Assembly: GCA_017436255.1 (NCBI GenBank) | Contig: JAFSDK010000038.1 | Location: 388-64,387 of the forward strand | DNA length: 64,000 nt | Reading direction: 5' to 3' | Origin: Clostridia bacterium | Lineage (GTDB): Bacteria > Bacillota > Clostridia > Oscillospirales > Acutalibacteraceae | In this document: one piece after another, positions 55,758-64,000 of the stretch | How the letters are laid out: every line of letters begins with the position of its first letter | How positions within the stretch are numbered: the stretch's first letter is position 1 | Made by a program: the position numbers and the translations under genes | The notes under the pieces: model-generated | The model's database searches: none | What the model saw: the letters and a program-made list of their open reading frames with translations, nothing else | Told to the model about the DNA's origin: nothing

Positions 55758-56192
55758 ATGATTGAACAAGATACTATCAGGCTACTTCGTGAATGTGACG
55801 CGGGAGTGAAAATGGGCGTCGCATCAATTGACGACGTAATTGACCGAATAGCAAATTCAAAAATGGCAGATATTTTAATTGAATGTAAAAAGGAGCATGA
55901 AAAGCTTAACGATGAAATTAAGAAATTACTCGACAAATACCATGATGACGGCAAAGACCCTAACCCTATTGCAAAAGGTATGTCTTGGATGAAGACCACT
56001 ATGAAAATGGCGGTAGAAGATAGCGACAATACCATTGCCGACCTTATGACCGATGGTTGCAATATGGGTGTTAAATCATTAAACAAGTATCTTAATAAAT
56101 ATGAAGCAGCTGACGAGGTTTCAAAGGATATAACCAAACGCCTTATAAACCTTGAAGAAAAACTTGCAATAGATTTGCGCGTGTTTTTGTAA
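55758..56192 (+). CDS. Hypothetical helical protein
   Basis: AAAGGAAAGG RBS and helix-rich composition. The antisense ORF 55733-56137 is rejected. Confidence 0.5.
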   Translation: MIEQDTIRLLRECDAGVKMGVASIDDVIDRIANSKMADILIECKKEHEKLNDEIKKLLDKYHDDGKDPNPIAKGMSWMKTTMKMAVEDSDNTIADLMTDGCNMGVKSLNKYLNKYEAADEVSKDITKRLINLEEKLAIDLRVFL

Positions 56193-56262
56193 AAAGCCCT
56201 TTAAAATTTTGTCTAAAACAGGTATAATGCTATATACTATTTGATTTTTAAGGGGCTTATTT

Positions 56263-57546
56263 ATGAGCAAAGGTTTTAAAAAATATCTTATCGACGGCTT
56301 TCTCATAGGCTCCGCATTATTCTCAATGTTTTTTGGTGCCGGCAATATGATTTTTCCGCCATATTTAGGCTTTAAGGCTGGAAGTGAATGGTTACTTGCC
56401 TTTATCAGCTACTTTATTGCCGATATTGGTTTAGCACTGCTTGCGATTTTTGCCTTAATTAAAACGGGAAGCAATAATGAACTTTTAAAACCTCTTGGCA
56501 AAATACCGTCATTTTTGCTTATGTTCTCGGTGTTTATGTGTATTGGTCCCTTAATTACCATACCAAGAACAGCAGCAACTACCTATGAATTGGCAATAAA
56601 ACCGCTTGGCAGCAATTTTAGCACAATAATATTTTTTATAATTTTTTTCACAATAGTTTTTTTATTGTGTTATAACAAAAGTGCTGTAGTTGATATTGTA
56701 GGTAAATTCCTTACTCCGCTATTATTTTTAGGATTAATATTTTTAATTGTATTGGGGATTATTTATCAGTTTAACGATGTAGATATAGCATCTCGCAGTC
56801 AAAATATAATTGCCGACGGTATTGAAGCGGGCTATCAGTCGATGGACGTACTTGGCGCTATGGTATTTGGGATATTGGTGCTTAATGCCTTTAGACAAAA
56901 GGGTTACACCGAGCCACGCGGAAAACTCAAAATTTTCGGTGTTTCCGGATTGGTTGCAGGTGGCGGTTTGCTTGTAATCTATTTAGGTCTTACCTATCTT
57001 GGTGCCTGTGTTGCACCAAATTACACAATGCACATTTCCCGTACCGAACTGCTTATAAATATTGTAAACACCATTATCCCCGGCAAAACGGGCATAGTGT
57101 TCTTTGGTATTATAGCAGGTCTTGCGTGTCTATCCACCGCTATTGCGCTTACCAGTGCATCTGCCGAATATCTATCAGAACTCACAAAAGGTAAAATAAA
57201 ATATAAAACTTTTGTTACAGCAATTTGTATCTTTGATATTGCTGTATCACTTCTCGGTGTTGAGGGACTGATAATGCTGGCTTCCCCTATTTTAAGCGTT
57301 ATATATCCGCCAATACTAATTACCGTCATTTTAAGTTTATTTAAAAAGCAAATCGGTGTTTACGCCTTCAGACTATCTGCTGTAGCAGCTTTTGTCTTTT
57401 CAGTGATTGATGTTTTGAATTTTAGGTTTATATATACAATACCACTTGCTCGCTACGGCTTTGCTTGGTTGTTGCCCACCGTAGCACTCTTCTTAGTAGG
57501 TTTTACTATTGACAAATTATCACATAAAAAAAGAGCCTTACAATAG
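56263..57546 (+). CDS. brnQ: Branched-chain amino acid transporter (LIVCS family)
   Basis: FFGAGNMIFPPYLG; 12 TM helices. Confidence 0.85.
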   Translation: MSKGFKKYLIDGFLIGSALFSMFFGAGNMIFPPYLGFKAGSEWLLAFISYFIADIGLALLAIFALIKTGSNNELLKPLGKIPSFLLMFSVFMCIGPLITIPRTAATTYELAIKPLGSNFSTIIFFIIFFTIVFLLCYNKSAVVDIVGKFLTPLLFLGLIFLIVLGIIYQFNDVDIASRSQNIIADGIEAGYQSMDVLGAMVFGILVLNAFRQKGYTEPRGKLKIFGVSGLVAGGGLLVIYLGLTYLGACVAPNYTMHISRTELLINIVNTIIPGKTGIVFFGIIAGLACLSTAIALTSASAEYLSELTKGKIKYKTFVTAICIFDIAVSLLGVEGLIMLASPILSVIYPPILITVILSLFKKQIGVYAFRLSAVAAFVFSVIDVLNFRFIYTIPLARYGFAWLLPTVALFLVGFTIDKLSHKKRALQ

Positions 57547-57557
57547 GGCTCTTTTTT
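57532..57557 (+). terminator. Terminator of brnQ
   Basis: AGAGCC-loop-GGCTCT followed by TTTTT. Confidence 0.6.
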
Positions 57558-57558
57558 C

Positions 57559-57587
57559 TTGCAGAAATTCAGTATGTATGGTAAAAT
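57559..57587 (+). promoter_or_regulatory. SigA-type promoter of the ABC-F gene
   Basis: TTGCAG, 17 nt, TAAAAT, with a TGG extended -10. Confidence 0.5.
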
Positions 57588-57612
57588 ATCTGTATTGAAT
57601 GGAGTAGATTAA

Positions 57613-59490
57613 ATGCAATTTAAAATTTCTGATGCCGCAGTTTCATTTGGTGCAAACACGGTACTTGAATGCATAAATTTTGAAATAAAACCGAAAGACA
57701 GAATAGCTGTTGTGGGACGCAACGGTTGTGGTAAAACTACGCTTTTAAAGGTAATTTCGGGCGAAATTGAACCTGACCGCAACGATTCTACACACGCCAA
57801 TATAATACGCTCTGACATAAAAAGTATAGGCTATTTAAAACAGACCGCATTTGATGACGATAGCGTAACCCTTATAGACGAAATACGCAAAATTTACGCC
57901 CCTATCATCGCAATTAAAGAGCGAATGGATGAATTATCGTTTTTATTGGAAACGGTCACTGACGACACAAAAATCAAAGAATTTTCCGCCTTGCAAGAAA
58001 AATTTAATTTGCTTGGCGGCTACTATTTTGAAAAAGAATATGAAACGGTAATTAAAAAATTTGGGTTCAGTGACCAAGATAAATACCGTCCGCTTTCAGA
58101 TTTTTCAGGTGGACAACGCACAAAAATTGCATTTATTAAATTGTTACTAAGCAAACCGGATATTCTTTTACTTGACGAACCTACCAACCATCTAGATATT
58201 GAATCTACATTATGGCTTGAAGACTACATAAACAATTACGAAAAATCGGTAGTGATTGTTTCGCACGACCGAATGTTTCTTGATAAAACAGTTAATATTG
58301 TTTACGAGATTGAATATGGTGAGACATACCGCTATGTTGGTAACTACACTGAATTTGTAGCACAAAAAAAGGCAATACGCGAAAAACAACTTAAGGACTA
58401 TGAGTACCAACAAAAAGAAATAGCAAGACTTACTGCTATTATCGAAAGATTTAAAAACAAGCCCACCAAGGTTGCCATGACCCGTTCAAAACTAAAGATG
58501 ATTGAACACATGGTAAAACTTGAGGCACCCGAAAATGAGGACAAGCGCACCTTTCATATTGATTTTCAACCCGAGAGTAAAAGTTATAAGGACGTTTTAA
58601 CTGTAAAAGACCTTGAAATTGGTTATGATAGGGTACTATCTACCGTAAACGTTAATATTGAGCGTGGTGAACGCGTAGGAATTATCGGTGCTAACGGACT
58701 TGGTAAATCTACTTTTCTAAAAACAATAGTTTCACAAATACCTGCTATTTCAGGTCAGTTTAGTTTTGGCAGCAATGTAAAATTCGGTTATTTTGACCAG
58801 CAAACCACCCACACTACAAGCAATAAAAACGTCTTAGAAGATTTTACCGATGAGTTCCCTACCCTTACACAAACTGAAGCACGTAAAGCGCTTGGCGCAT
58901 TTTTGTTTACAGGTGACGACGTATTTAACAACGTATCTGACCTCTCGGGCGGTGAACGTGTACGATTAACGCTATGTAAAATTTTAAGGCGCAAACCAAA
59001 TTTCTTAATTTTGGACGAACCTACCAACCATATGGATATTATTGGTAAGGAAACACTTGAAGATATTTTAAACTATTATGAAGGCACAGTTTTATTTGTT
59101 TCGCATGACCGATATTTTATCAAAAAAATCGCAACATCGCTTTTAGTTTTTGATACTGACGGGGTTAAATATTATAAGTATGGTTATGAACAATATTTAA
59201 ACTCAATTTCACAAAATACAATTAACTACAATAACGAAAAGACTGCGATTAAAAAAGAGAAAAAGGTATATACAACTCCCGGTAAAGAAAAAGCAAAACG
59301 TGAAAGAAAAATTAAAAAACTTGAAGAACAAATATCTCTTATTGAAAAAAATATTGCCCTAATTAAAGGACAATTGAACGATGAAACAATATGTGCCGAT
59401 TACGTCAAGTTAGAACAGTTGCAAAACGAACTAAACGAAAATGAAGAAAAGCTGCTTTTACTTCTTGAAGAATGGGATACAATAGTATAA
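57613..59490 (+). CDS. ABC-F family ATPase (two NBDs, no TMD)
   Basis: GRNGCGKTT and GANGLGKST Walker A motifs, two LSGGQ/LSGGE signatures, C-terminal coiled coil. Confidence 0.85.
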   Translation: MQFKISDAAVSFGANTVLECINFEIKPKDRIAVVGRNGCGKTTLLKVISGEIEPDRNDSTHANIIRSDIKSIGYLKQTAFDDDSVTLIDEIRKIYAPIIAIKERMDELSFLLETVTDDTKIKEFSALQEKFNLLGGYYFEKEYETVIKKFGFSDQDKYRPLSDFSGGQRTKIAFIKLLLSKPDILLLDEPTNHLDIESTLWLEDYINNYEKSVVIVSHDRMFLDKTVNIVYEIEYGETYRYVGNYTEFVAQKKAIREKQLKDYEYQQKEIARLTAIIERFKNKPTKVAMTRSKLKMIEHMVKLEAPENEDKRTFHIDFQPESKSYKDVLTVKDLEIGYDRVLSTVNVNIERGERVGIIGANGLGKSTFLKTIVSQIPAISGQFSFGSNVKFGYFDQQTTHTTSNKNVLEDFTDEFPTLTQTEARKALGAFLFTGDDVFNNVSDLSGGERVRLTLCKILRRKPNFLILDEPTNHMDIIGKETLEDILNYYEGTVLFVSHDRYFIKKIATSLLVFDTDGVKYYKYGYEQYLNSISQNTINYNNEKTAIKKEKKVYTTPGKEKAKRERKIKKLEEQISLIEKNIALIKGQLNDETICADYVKLEQLQNELNENEEKLLLLLEEWDTIV

Positions 59491-59502
59491 AATAATAAAA
59501 AA

Positions 59503-59522
59503 TCGGCCGCATTTGCGACCGA
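59503..59522 (-). terminator. Terminator of the 42-aa ORF
   Basis: Minus strand TCGGTCGC-AAAT-GCGGCCGA (one mismatch) followed by TTTTTT. Confidence 0.55.
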
Positions 59523-59529
59523 AAAAATC

Positions 59530-59658
59530 TTAGTACCAACCTGGGAGCCAACCGGAATTATCATCAACATCAAAAGAGTCAGATATAACGTCTTGCATAT
59601 CAAACTTTTTAATTGTTATTACCGGAGACTCATAATTTCTTTTTTCTTCAAAATTCAT
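59530..59658 (-). CDS. Unannotated 42-aa acidic peptide ending GWLPGWY
   Basis: Not in the ORF track. GGTGG lies 10 nt upstream of ATG 59656-59658. Product MNFEEKRNYESPVITIKKFDMQDVISDSFDVDDNSGWLPGWY. It has its own terminator. Confidence 0.5.
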   Translation of the reverse strand: MNFEEKRNYESPVITIKKFDMQDVISDSFDVDDNSGWLPGWY

Positions 59659-59747
59659 AACTTGTTTACCACCTATGTTTACTCTCGTTTATAATAATAC
59701 CACATGTGATTTTCTTTGTCAATAAAAAATTTATGGAGGTTTTGTTT

Positions 59748-60008
59748 GTGAAAAAATATCGCAGTGCATTACAAATTTTCGGTTTCATTTTATTAATCAT
59801 CAGTATTATTGCCTTTATAGTTTCAATGATACTTTGCTATATTGGTGAAACTAAAGGTATTATTTCAATCTTTATTTCCCTTTTCCTTTTCCTAATAGGT
59901 TATAACGCGTACAATAAAGGAAAAATTCAAACCGAAAAACATTTCGGTAATGATAATAATAAAGACGAAGATGAAAATATATATAAAGACACATTAAAAA
60001 AGGACTGA
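59748..60008 (+). CDS. Small two-TM membrane protein
   Basis: GTG start with GGAGG 8 nt upstream; (M)KKYRSALQIFGFILLIISIIAFIV... Confidence 0.5.
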   Translation: MKKYRSALQIFGFILLIISIIAFIVSMILCYIGETKGIISIFISLFLFLIGYNAYNKGKIQTEKHFGNDNNKDEDENIYKDTLKKD

Positions 60009-60031
60009 GAAATCATTTTCTCAGTCCTTTT
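60002..60031. terminator. Bidirectional terminator
   Basis: GGACTGAGAAA-TCA-TTTCTCAGTCC followed by TTTT. Confidence 0.75.
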
Positions 60032-60035
60032 AATT

Positions 60036-61139
60036 TTACTTAGAAGAAACAGTTTCAGAGTTTTCTTCCTTTTTAATATAAGTACCCTCTTCTTTAATAA
60101 AGTCATGAATCTTTGTTGTGGCAATATCCAAATCATAAACATAATAGTAAATACCATTAATTTTAGTATCTTTGGCATTGCACTCTTTATCAGGCAAACT
60201 CATACTTTCAATTTTTGGTGAATTTTTAATTGCCCAAGCGCCAAGTTCAAGTAATTCGGCATTGCTGAGTGACGTTTCACAGTTTTTAAGCAAAAGGCCA
60301 ACCGCAGAAGACAGTTTAAAGACGTTTGATGCCATAATTTTTTGATAAGCAGCCATCAAAACCTCTTTTTGTCGGTTGCCACGCTCAATATCTCCGCCAG
60401 GGCTGTAGCGGTTGCGTGTGTATGCTAACGCCTGTGAACCTGTAAGTAACTGCTTGCCTGTTTTCGTGATTGGTTTACAAGGTATACCTATTTCATTAAG
60501 GTGATTTACATATTCGCTATTCATAACACTTTTTTCGCTTGCATCAACGTCAATTTCAACGCCGCCAACATAATCAATCAACTCTACCATTTGGAAAAAG
60601 TTAACAGTTACGTAATCGGTAATATCCATATCAAAGTTTTGGTTAAGTGTTTTAACAGCAAGTTGCGCTCTACCAAATGCATATGCGTGTGTTAGTTTAT
60701 CCTGTCCGTGGGCGTCAATTTTAACATAAGTATCACGAGCCAATGAGGTCATTTTAATCTTGTTATGCACACGGTCAATGGTTAAAATTATTACTGCATC
60801 TGAACGTCCTGACATTTGGTTGCTTCTGTTATCAAGACCAAACAATGCAATATTTGTATATTTTTCTTTAAACAACTCCTGCGTTGCAAGATTTACGTCG
60901 GTATCTCCCCCGTCAAAATTGCTATCAACACCACGATTAAAGAAGCCGTCAATCAATGGCCATAAAATTATACCCGCAACAACACAAGCTACAAGCAAAA
61001 AAGCAACAATGCCAAGAATAATTTTAGTTTTTAACTTCATTTTACGCCTTGGCGACTCTTTTGAATGTTTACCGCCTCTGGTAGACTCATTAGGCGATAA
61101 GTCCGAAAGGTTAACTGTTATCTCTTTTTGTTCCTTCAT
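60036..61139 (-). CDS. LytR-CpsA-Psr (LCP) family protein
   Basis: TM anchor; NIALFGLDNRS...GRSDAVIILTID...SLARDTYV. Confidence 0.8.
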   Translation of the reverse strand: MKEQKEITVNLSDLSPNESTRGGKHSKESPRRKMKLKTKIILGIVAFLLVACVVAGIILWPLIDGFFNRGVDSNFDGGDTDVNLATQELFKEKYTNIALFGLDNRSNQMSGRSDAVIILTIDRVHNKIKMTSLARDTYVKIDAHGQDKLTHAYAFGRAQLAVKTLNQNFDMDITDYVTVNFFQMVELIDYVGGVEIDVDASEKSVMNSEYVNHLNEIGIPCKPITKTGKQLLTGSQALAYTRNRYSPGGDIERGNRQKEVLMAAYQKIMASNVFKLSSAVGLLLKNCETSLSNAELLELGAWAIKNSPKIESMSLPDKECNAKDTKINGIYYYVYDLDIATTKIHDFIKEEGTYIKKEENSETVSSK

Positions 61140-61375
61140 ATCTATATCTCCAAAAAACAATATTCGTCATAATATTTTAAACCTTTTTATAAGTTATGTC
61201 AATATTTTTAAGTTTAATATTTATTTTTATCTATTGAAATTATAACACAACGTTTATATAATTATATTAGTAATTTTTGTAAAATTTAGGATGCTATTCT
61301 ATACCCGATAAATACTCGCAAATCTTAGAAAAGCATTTTTTGAATAATCAATACAATACACAAGGCGGTGATGAT

Positions 61376-61870
61376 ATGAAAAACACTAACAAAGAGAATG
61401 AAAATCAATATGATTCTTTAAAGGATATTACCGAGTTTCAAAACAATATGTTTAACCCCGGACACTATATCGGTACCGGAAAGATACCACCTACAGTTTC
61501 TGCCCCGGGTAATGCGATGCCGTTAGCCGTGGTGTGTTTTATTGCAACAATCGTTTTTTTAGGTTTTGGTTTGTTTTTATTTTTTGGTAACGTAACCGTT
61601 ACCTCAGGCGGACTGATTAAATCTCAAATAATAAATAAAATCATTGCGTTAGTTATAATGTTGGGAATATCGGTATTTTGTCTGCTTTTAGGTTTTAGAT
61701 ATTTTAAGAAATCAAAGGTATTTTATAAAGAAAAATCCACATTGCAAAAGGAAAAAATTGATGAAACCGTCGAAGACCAACTTTGGCAACGCACATGCCC
61801 TAAATGCGGTATTTCACATGATTTCGATTATCCCAAATGTCCTAATTGTAAATTCAGTTATATTGACTAA
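61376..61870 (+). CDS. Membrane protein with a C-terminal zinc ribbon
   Basis: Two TM helices, then CPKC-x11-CPNC. ATG start chosen over TTG 61340. Confidence 0.55.
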   Translation: MKNTNKENENQYDSLKDITEFQNNMFNPGHYIGTGKIPPTVSAPGNAMPLAVVCFIATIVFLGFGLFLFFGNVTVTSGGLIKSQIINKIIALVIMLGISVFCLLLGFRYFKKSKVFYKEKSTLQKEKIDETVEDQLWQRTCPKCGISHDFDYPKCPNCKFSYID

Positions 61871-61881
61871 CAAAACAAAAA

Positions 61882-61901
61882 AGCCGTGAATATTCACGGC
61901 T
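61882..61901. terminator. Bidirectional terminator
   Basis: AGCCGTGAAT/ATTCACGGCT palindrome with flanking A- and T-runs. Confidence 0.7.
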
Positions 61902-61906
61902 TTTAA

Positions 61907-62578
61907 TTATATACAATAAAAGAATATACACAAAAAATGCATTATACTTGCCAGCACTACGAATATATGGAAAACCGAATGGATATAGCGCTTTTTAGCG
62001 CCAATACCGTAAAGCACAGCGCCAATGGTATACATTATTCCGCCACCCAATAGCCACATAAATCCATCAAATGTCAGCGCCCGATATACAGGTACAATTG
62101 TGAATATTACACACCAACCCATACCTAAATAGCAAATCATCGACAACACATTGTATTTTTTTAAATCAATGGCAGTAAATGTCGTCGCTAATGCCGCTAT
62201 ACCCCACACAATGCCGAACACCACCCAAGCGGTGACAGGCTGTGTTTTTCTGAGAAGCGACAACATAATAGGCGTGTATGTACCCGCAATCATAAAATAA
62301 ATTGTGCAGTGGTCAAGCACCTGTAAAACCTTTTTACCCATGCCTACCCTTACACCATGATAAACGCTTGACATCGTAAACAGGCATATAACCGATGCTC
62401 CGTAAATTGCCGTTGACACAACACCCCAGACGTTGCCCTTAATTGCCGCAAAAACGACACAGAGCACCAGATAAACAACACCAAGTCCTCCGCCAACAAT
62501 GTGTGTCACCATATTAAATATTTCTTCACCCGAAGTGTAATCGGGCAAAATTCTGTCAATAAGTTTTGTTCTACGCAT
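61907..62578 (-). CDS. Hemolysin III / PAQR family membrane protein
   Basis: 7 TM helices; HGVRVG...LDH and HIFV motifs. I chose the ATG start at 62578. Confidence 0.75.
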   Translation of the reverse strand: MRRTKLIDRILPDYTSGEEIFNMVTHIVGGGLGVVYLVLCVVFAAIKGNVWGVVSTAIYGASVICLFTMSSVYHGVRVGMGKKVLQVLDHCTIYFMIAGTYTPIMLSLLRKTQPVTAWVVFGIVWGIAALATTFTAIDLKKYNVLSMICYLGMGWCVIFTIVPVYRALTFDGFMWLLGGGIMYTIGAVLYGIGAKKRYIHSVFHIFVVLASIMHFLCIFFYCI

Positions 62579-63314
62579 TTTCCTCAAACTCAATTAGCGC
62601 CTTAACTACCGTTTTGTCTTGGCACTTTGCCTCAACGTAATAGGTGTTATCGGTCTTTTTGCAATAAAGTCTTAATATATCACCCTCGCGGGTTTCATTT
62701 ATGAAATGAATTTCAAAGGTTTTAACAGTATTTTTAAGCAAGAAATCGACGTCAAAGCAGTCCATAACTATGCGTGTATAAACACAGTTATTGGTATGCA
62801 GATTTTCGTCAATGTCGCTACTACGTATTTTACGTTCGTAAACCTTGTCGGCTTCATCTACCGTTTCTTTAAGGCGTGAAAACTCACCTGCATCGGTGCG
62901 ATTGGTTAAATAATCATCCGACGTATCAATTGTCGTCGAAGTAACTCTACGAGGACGATGGGTATCAATATCTAAAACGCACCATTCACTTGTAGCCGAG
63001 ACCATTGTTTCACCGTTTTCACCAACAAACTCATAGTCACGCGGCATTATTAGCATACCGGGTTTTAATGGCCAGGTTTTAAGCAGTATTTCATCCGAAA
63101 ATCTTACCGCTTTTTTAAAGTTCATACGAATTTTTGATACTACCCAAAACGCGTTATTGTTTTTTAAAAATGTATCACGGTCGTATCCATATTCAATTGA
63201 ACGTGCCGTTGCAAGATACTGCAAAAAAGCCGCCGTAGTGGGCACCGATAATACACCGTTTAGGTCTAAATCGGTTGAGTCGATTTTTCGTTTAATTTCA
63301 AAATAATCTGCCAT
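62571..63314 (-). CDS. Acyl-ACP thioesterase
   Basis: Double hot-dog layout typical of bacterial FatA/B-like thioesterases; start at MADYFEIK. Confidence 0.65.
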   Translation of the reverse strand: MADYFEIKRKIDSTDLDLNGVLSVPTTAAFLQYLATARSIEYGYDRDTFLKNNNAFWVVSKIRMNFKKAVRFSDEILLKTWPLKPGMLIMPRDYEFVGENGETMVSATSEWCVLDIDTHRPRRVTSTTIDTSDDYLTNRTDAGEFSRLKETVDEADKVYERKIRSSDIDENLHTNNCVYTRIVMDCFDVDFLLKNTVKTFEIHFINETREGDILRLYCKKTDNTYYVEAKCQDKTVVKALIEFEENA

Positions 63315-63380
63315 AATTAACCCTTCTATGTGTAAGGCTGTACCCATAATGAGTACAGCCTTTTTTTAATTTAGATTAAA

Positions 63381-64000
63381 TTATTTAAGTAAAGATTTGT
63401 AAAGAGCGGTAATCTCTTCAACGCTTGTATCCTTCGGGTTACCAGGACGGCAAGCATCATCGTAAGCCGACTGTGCCAAGAAAGCAATATCTTCTTCCTT
63501 AACGATACCATCGAGTGTAGCAGGAATGCCAACGTCGATTGATAACTGTCTTACAGCGTCAATAGCAGCCTTGCGATATTCTTCAACTGTCATTTTTTCG
63601 GTACCTTCAACGCCCATAGCAGCAGCGATGTACTTATACTTGTCGCCTGTTTCAGGTGCATTGTATTCCATAACGGTAGGAAGAATGATAGCGTTTGCAA
63701 TACCGTGAGGGGTATCATAAAGAGCGCCGAGCGGATGAGCCATTGAGTGAACAATACCAAGACCTACGTTACTGAAGCCCATACCTGCAACGTACTGACC
63801 GAGAGCCATACCCTCTCTGCCTTCTGCAGTGTTTTCAACAGCACCGCGGAGGCTTCTTGCAATAATCTCGATTGCTTTAAGATGGAACATATCAGAAAGC
63901 TCCCAAGCGCCCTTGGTGATGTAACCTTCAATAGCATGTGTTAATGCATCCATACCGGTAGCAGCGGTAAGACCCTTGGGCATTGTAGCCATCATATCGG
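63381..64000 (-). CDS. Iron-containing alcohol dehydrogenase, C-terminal part (5-prime end outside the window)
   Basis: GLTAATGMDALTHAIEGY, HSMAHPLG; the frame is open to the window edge. Confidence 0.8.
   Translation of the reverse strand, partial: DMMATMPKGLTAATGMDALTHAIEGYITKGAWELSDMFHLKAIEIIARSLRGAVENTAEGREGMALGQYVAGMGFSNVGLGIVHSMAHPLGALYDTPHGIANAIILPTVMEYNAPETGDKYKYIAAAMGVEGTEKMTVEEYRKAAIDAVRQLSIDVGIPATLDGIVKEEDIAFLAQSAYDDACRPGNPKDTSVEEITALYKSLLK

Noticed and set aside
55733-56137. 134-aa minus-strand ORF antisense to 55758-56192
   Set aside because: Its translation is a Ser/Ile-rich low-complexity string without an SD. The plus-strand frame has an SD and a balanced helical composition.
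57613-59490. ABC-F protein as an antibiotic-resistance (ARE) factor
   Set aside because: ARE-type and housekeeping ABC-F proteins cannot be told apart by eye. No resistance context is present, so it is left as generic ABC-F.
63330-63362. Hairpin AAGGCTGTAC-N9-GTACAGCCTT between the ADH and thioesterase genes, as a terminator for the ADH gene
   Set aside because: The T-run lies on the plus strand, where no gene ends. On the minus strand there is no U-tract, so its function is uncertain and it was not listed as a feature.
1-64000. Scan for CRISPR arrays, tRNA/rRNA genes, riboswitch-sized leaders, IS elements and prophage genes
   Set aside because: Nothing convincing was found. There are no spaced direct-repeat arrays, no cloverleaf-like or rRNA-like segments, and no transposase/integrase-like ORFs. 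All intergenic gaps over 150 nt were read and are accounted for by promoters or terminators or by the junction described at 13922-14294.

Overview
64-kb window from a low-GC Firmicute that looks Clostridia-like (ytfI-ytfJ, a SASP relic, a tiny YjcZ-like ORF). It is densely coding, mostly on the minus strand. I saw no rRNA, tRNA, CRISPR array, transposase or integrase. All family names below come from motifs read by eye, not from searches.

Positions 1-14294 form an accessory block with two parts. (i) An RHS/YD-repeat polymorphic toxin of 2105 aa with no recognisable export signal. Its order is RHS core, Gly/Ala-rich PT-TG-like segment, HINT domain, then a 96-aa GIY-YIG-like tip. A leucine-rich-repeat candidate immunity gene follows it, and a stand-alone paralogue of its N-terminal module precedes it. 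(ii) Directly upstream lies a tightly overlapped seven-gene operon: HTH regulator, NTP_transf_5-like nucleotidyltransferase, thymidylate-kinase-like kinase, ACP, a 343-aa unknown, an adenylating ligase, and a CYTH protein with a Cys/Tyr-rich tail. I cannot assign this combination to any described pathway or defence system, and it is my main candidate for a novel system. A 31-bp palindrome occurs in front of the operon and again in the gap in front of the toxin module. The block ends at a 5-prime-truncated SASP gene.

The rest is core genome:
- GT4 glycosyltransferase, ftsK and a tepA-like gene
- ctsR-mcsA-mcsB-clpC with a perfect CtsR box
- a dcw cluster from mraZ to ftsZ that lacks murD, murF and ftsA
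- kdgK-eda
- a second carrier-protein lipid operon: ANL-carrier didomain, two PlsC-type acyltransferases, ACP, an LRAT/NlpC-P60 enzyme, and a divergent Sfp-type PPTase
- fakB-fakB-fakA-plsX
- hydrolases, brnQ, an ABC-F ATPase, an LCP protein, an acyl-ACP thioesterase and a partial Fe-ADH
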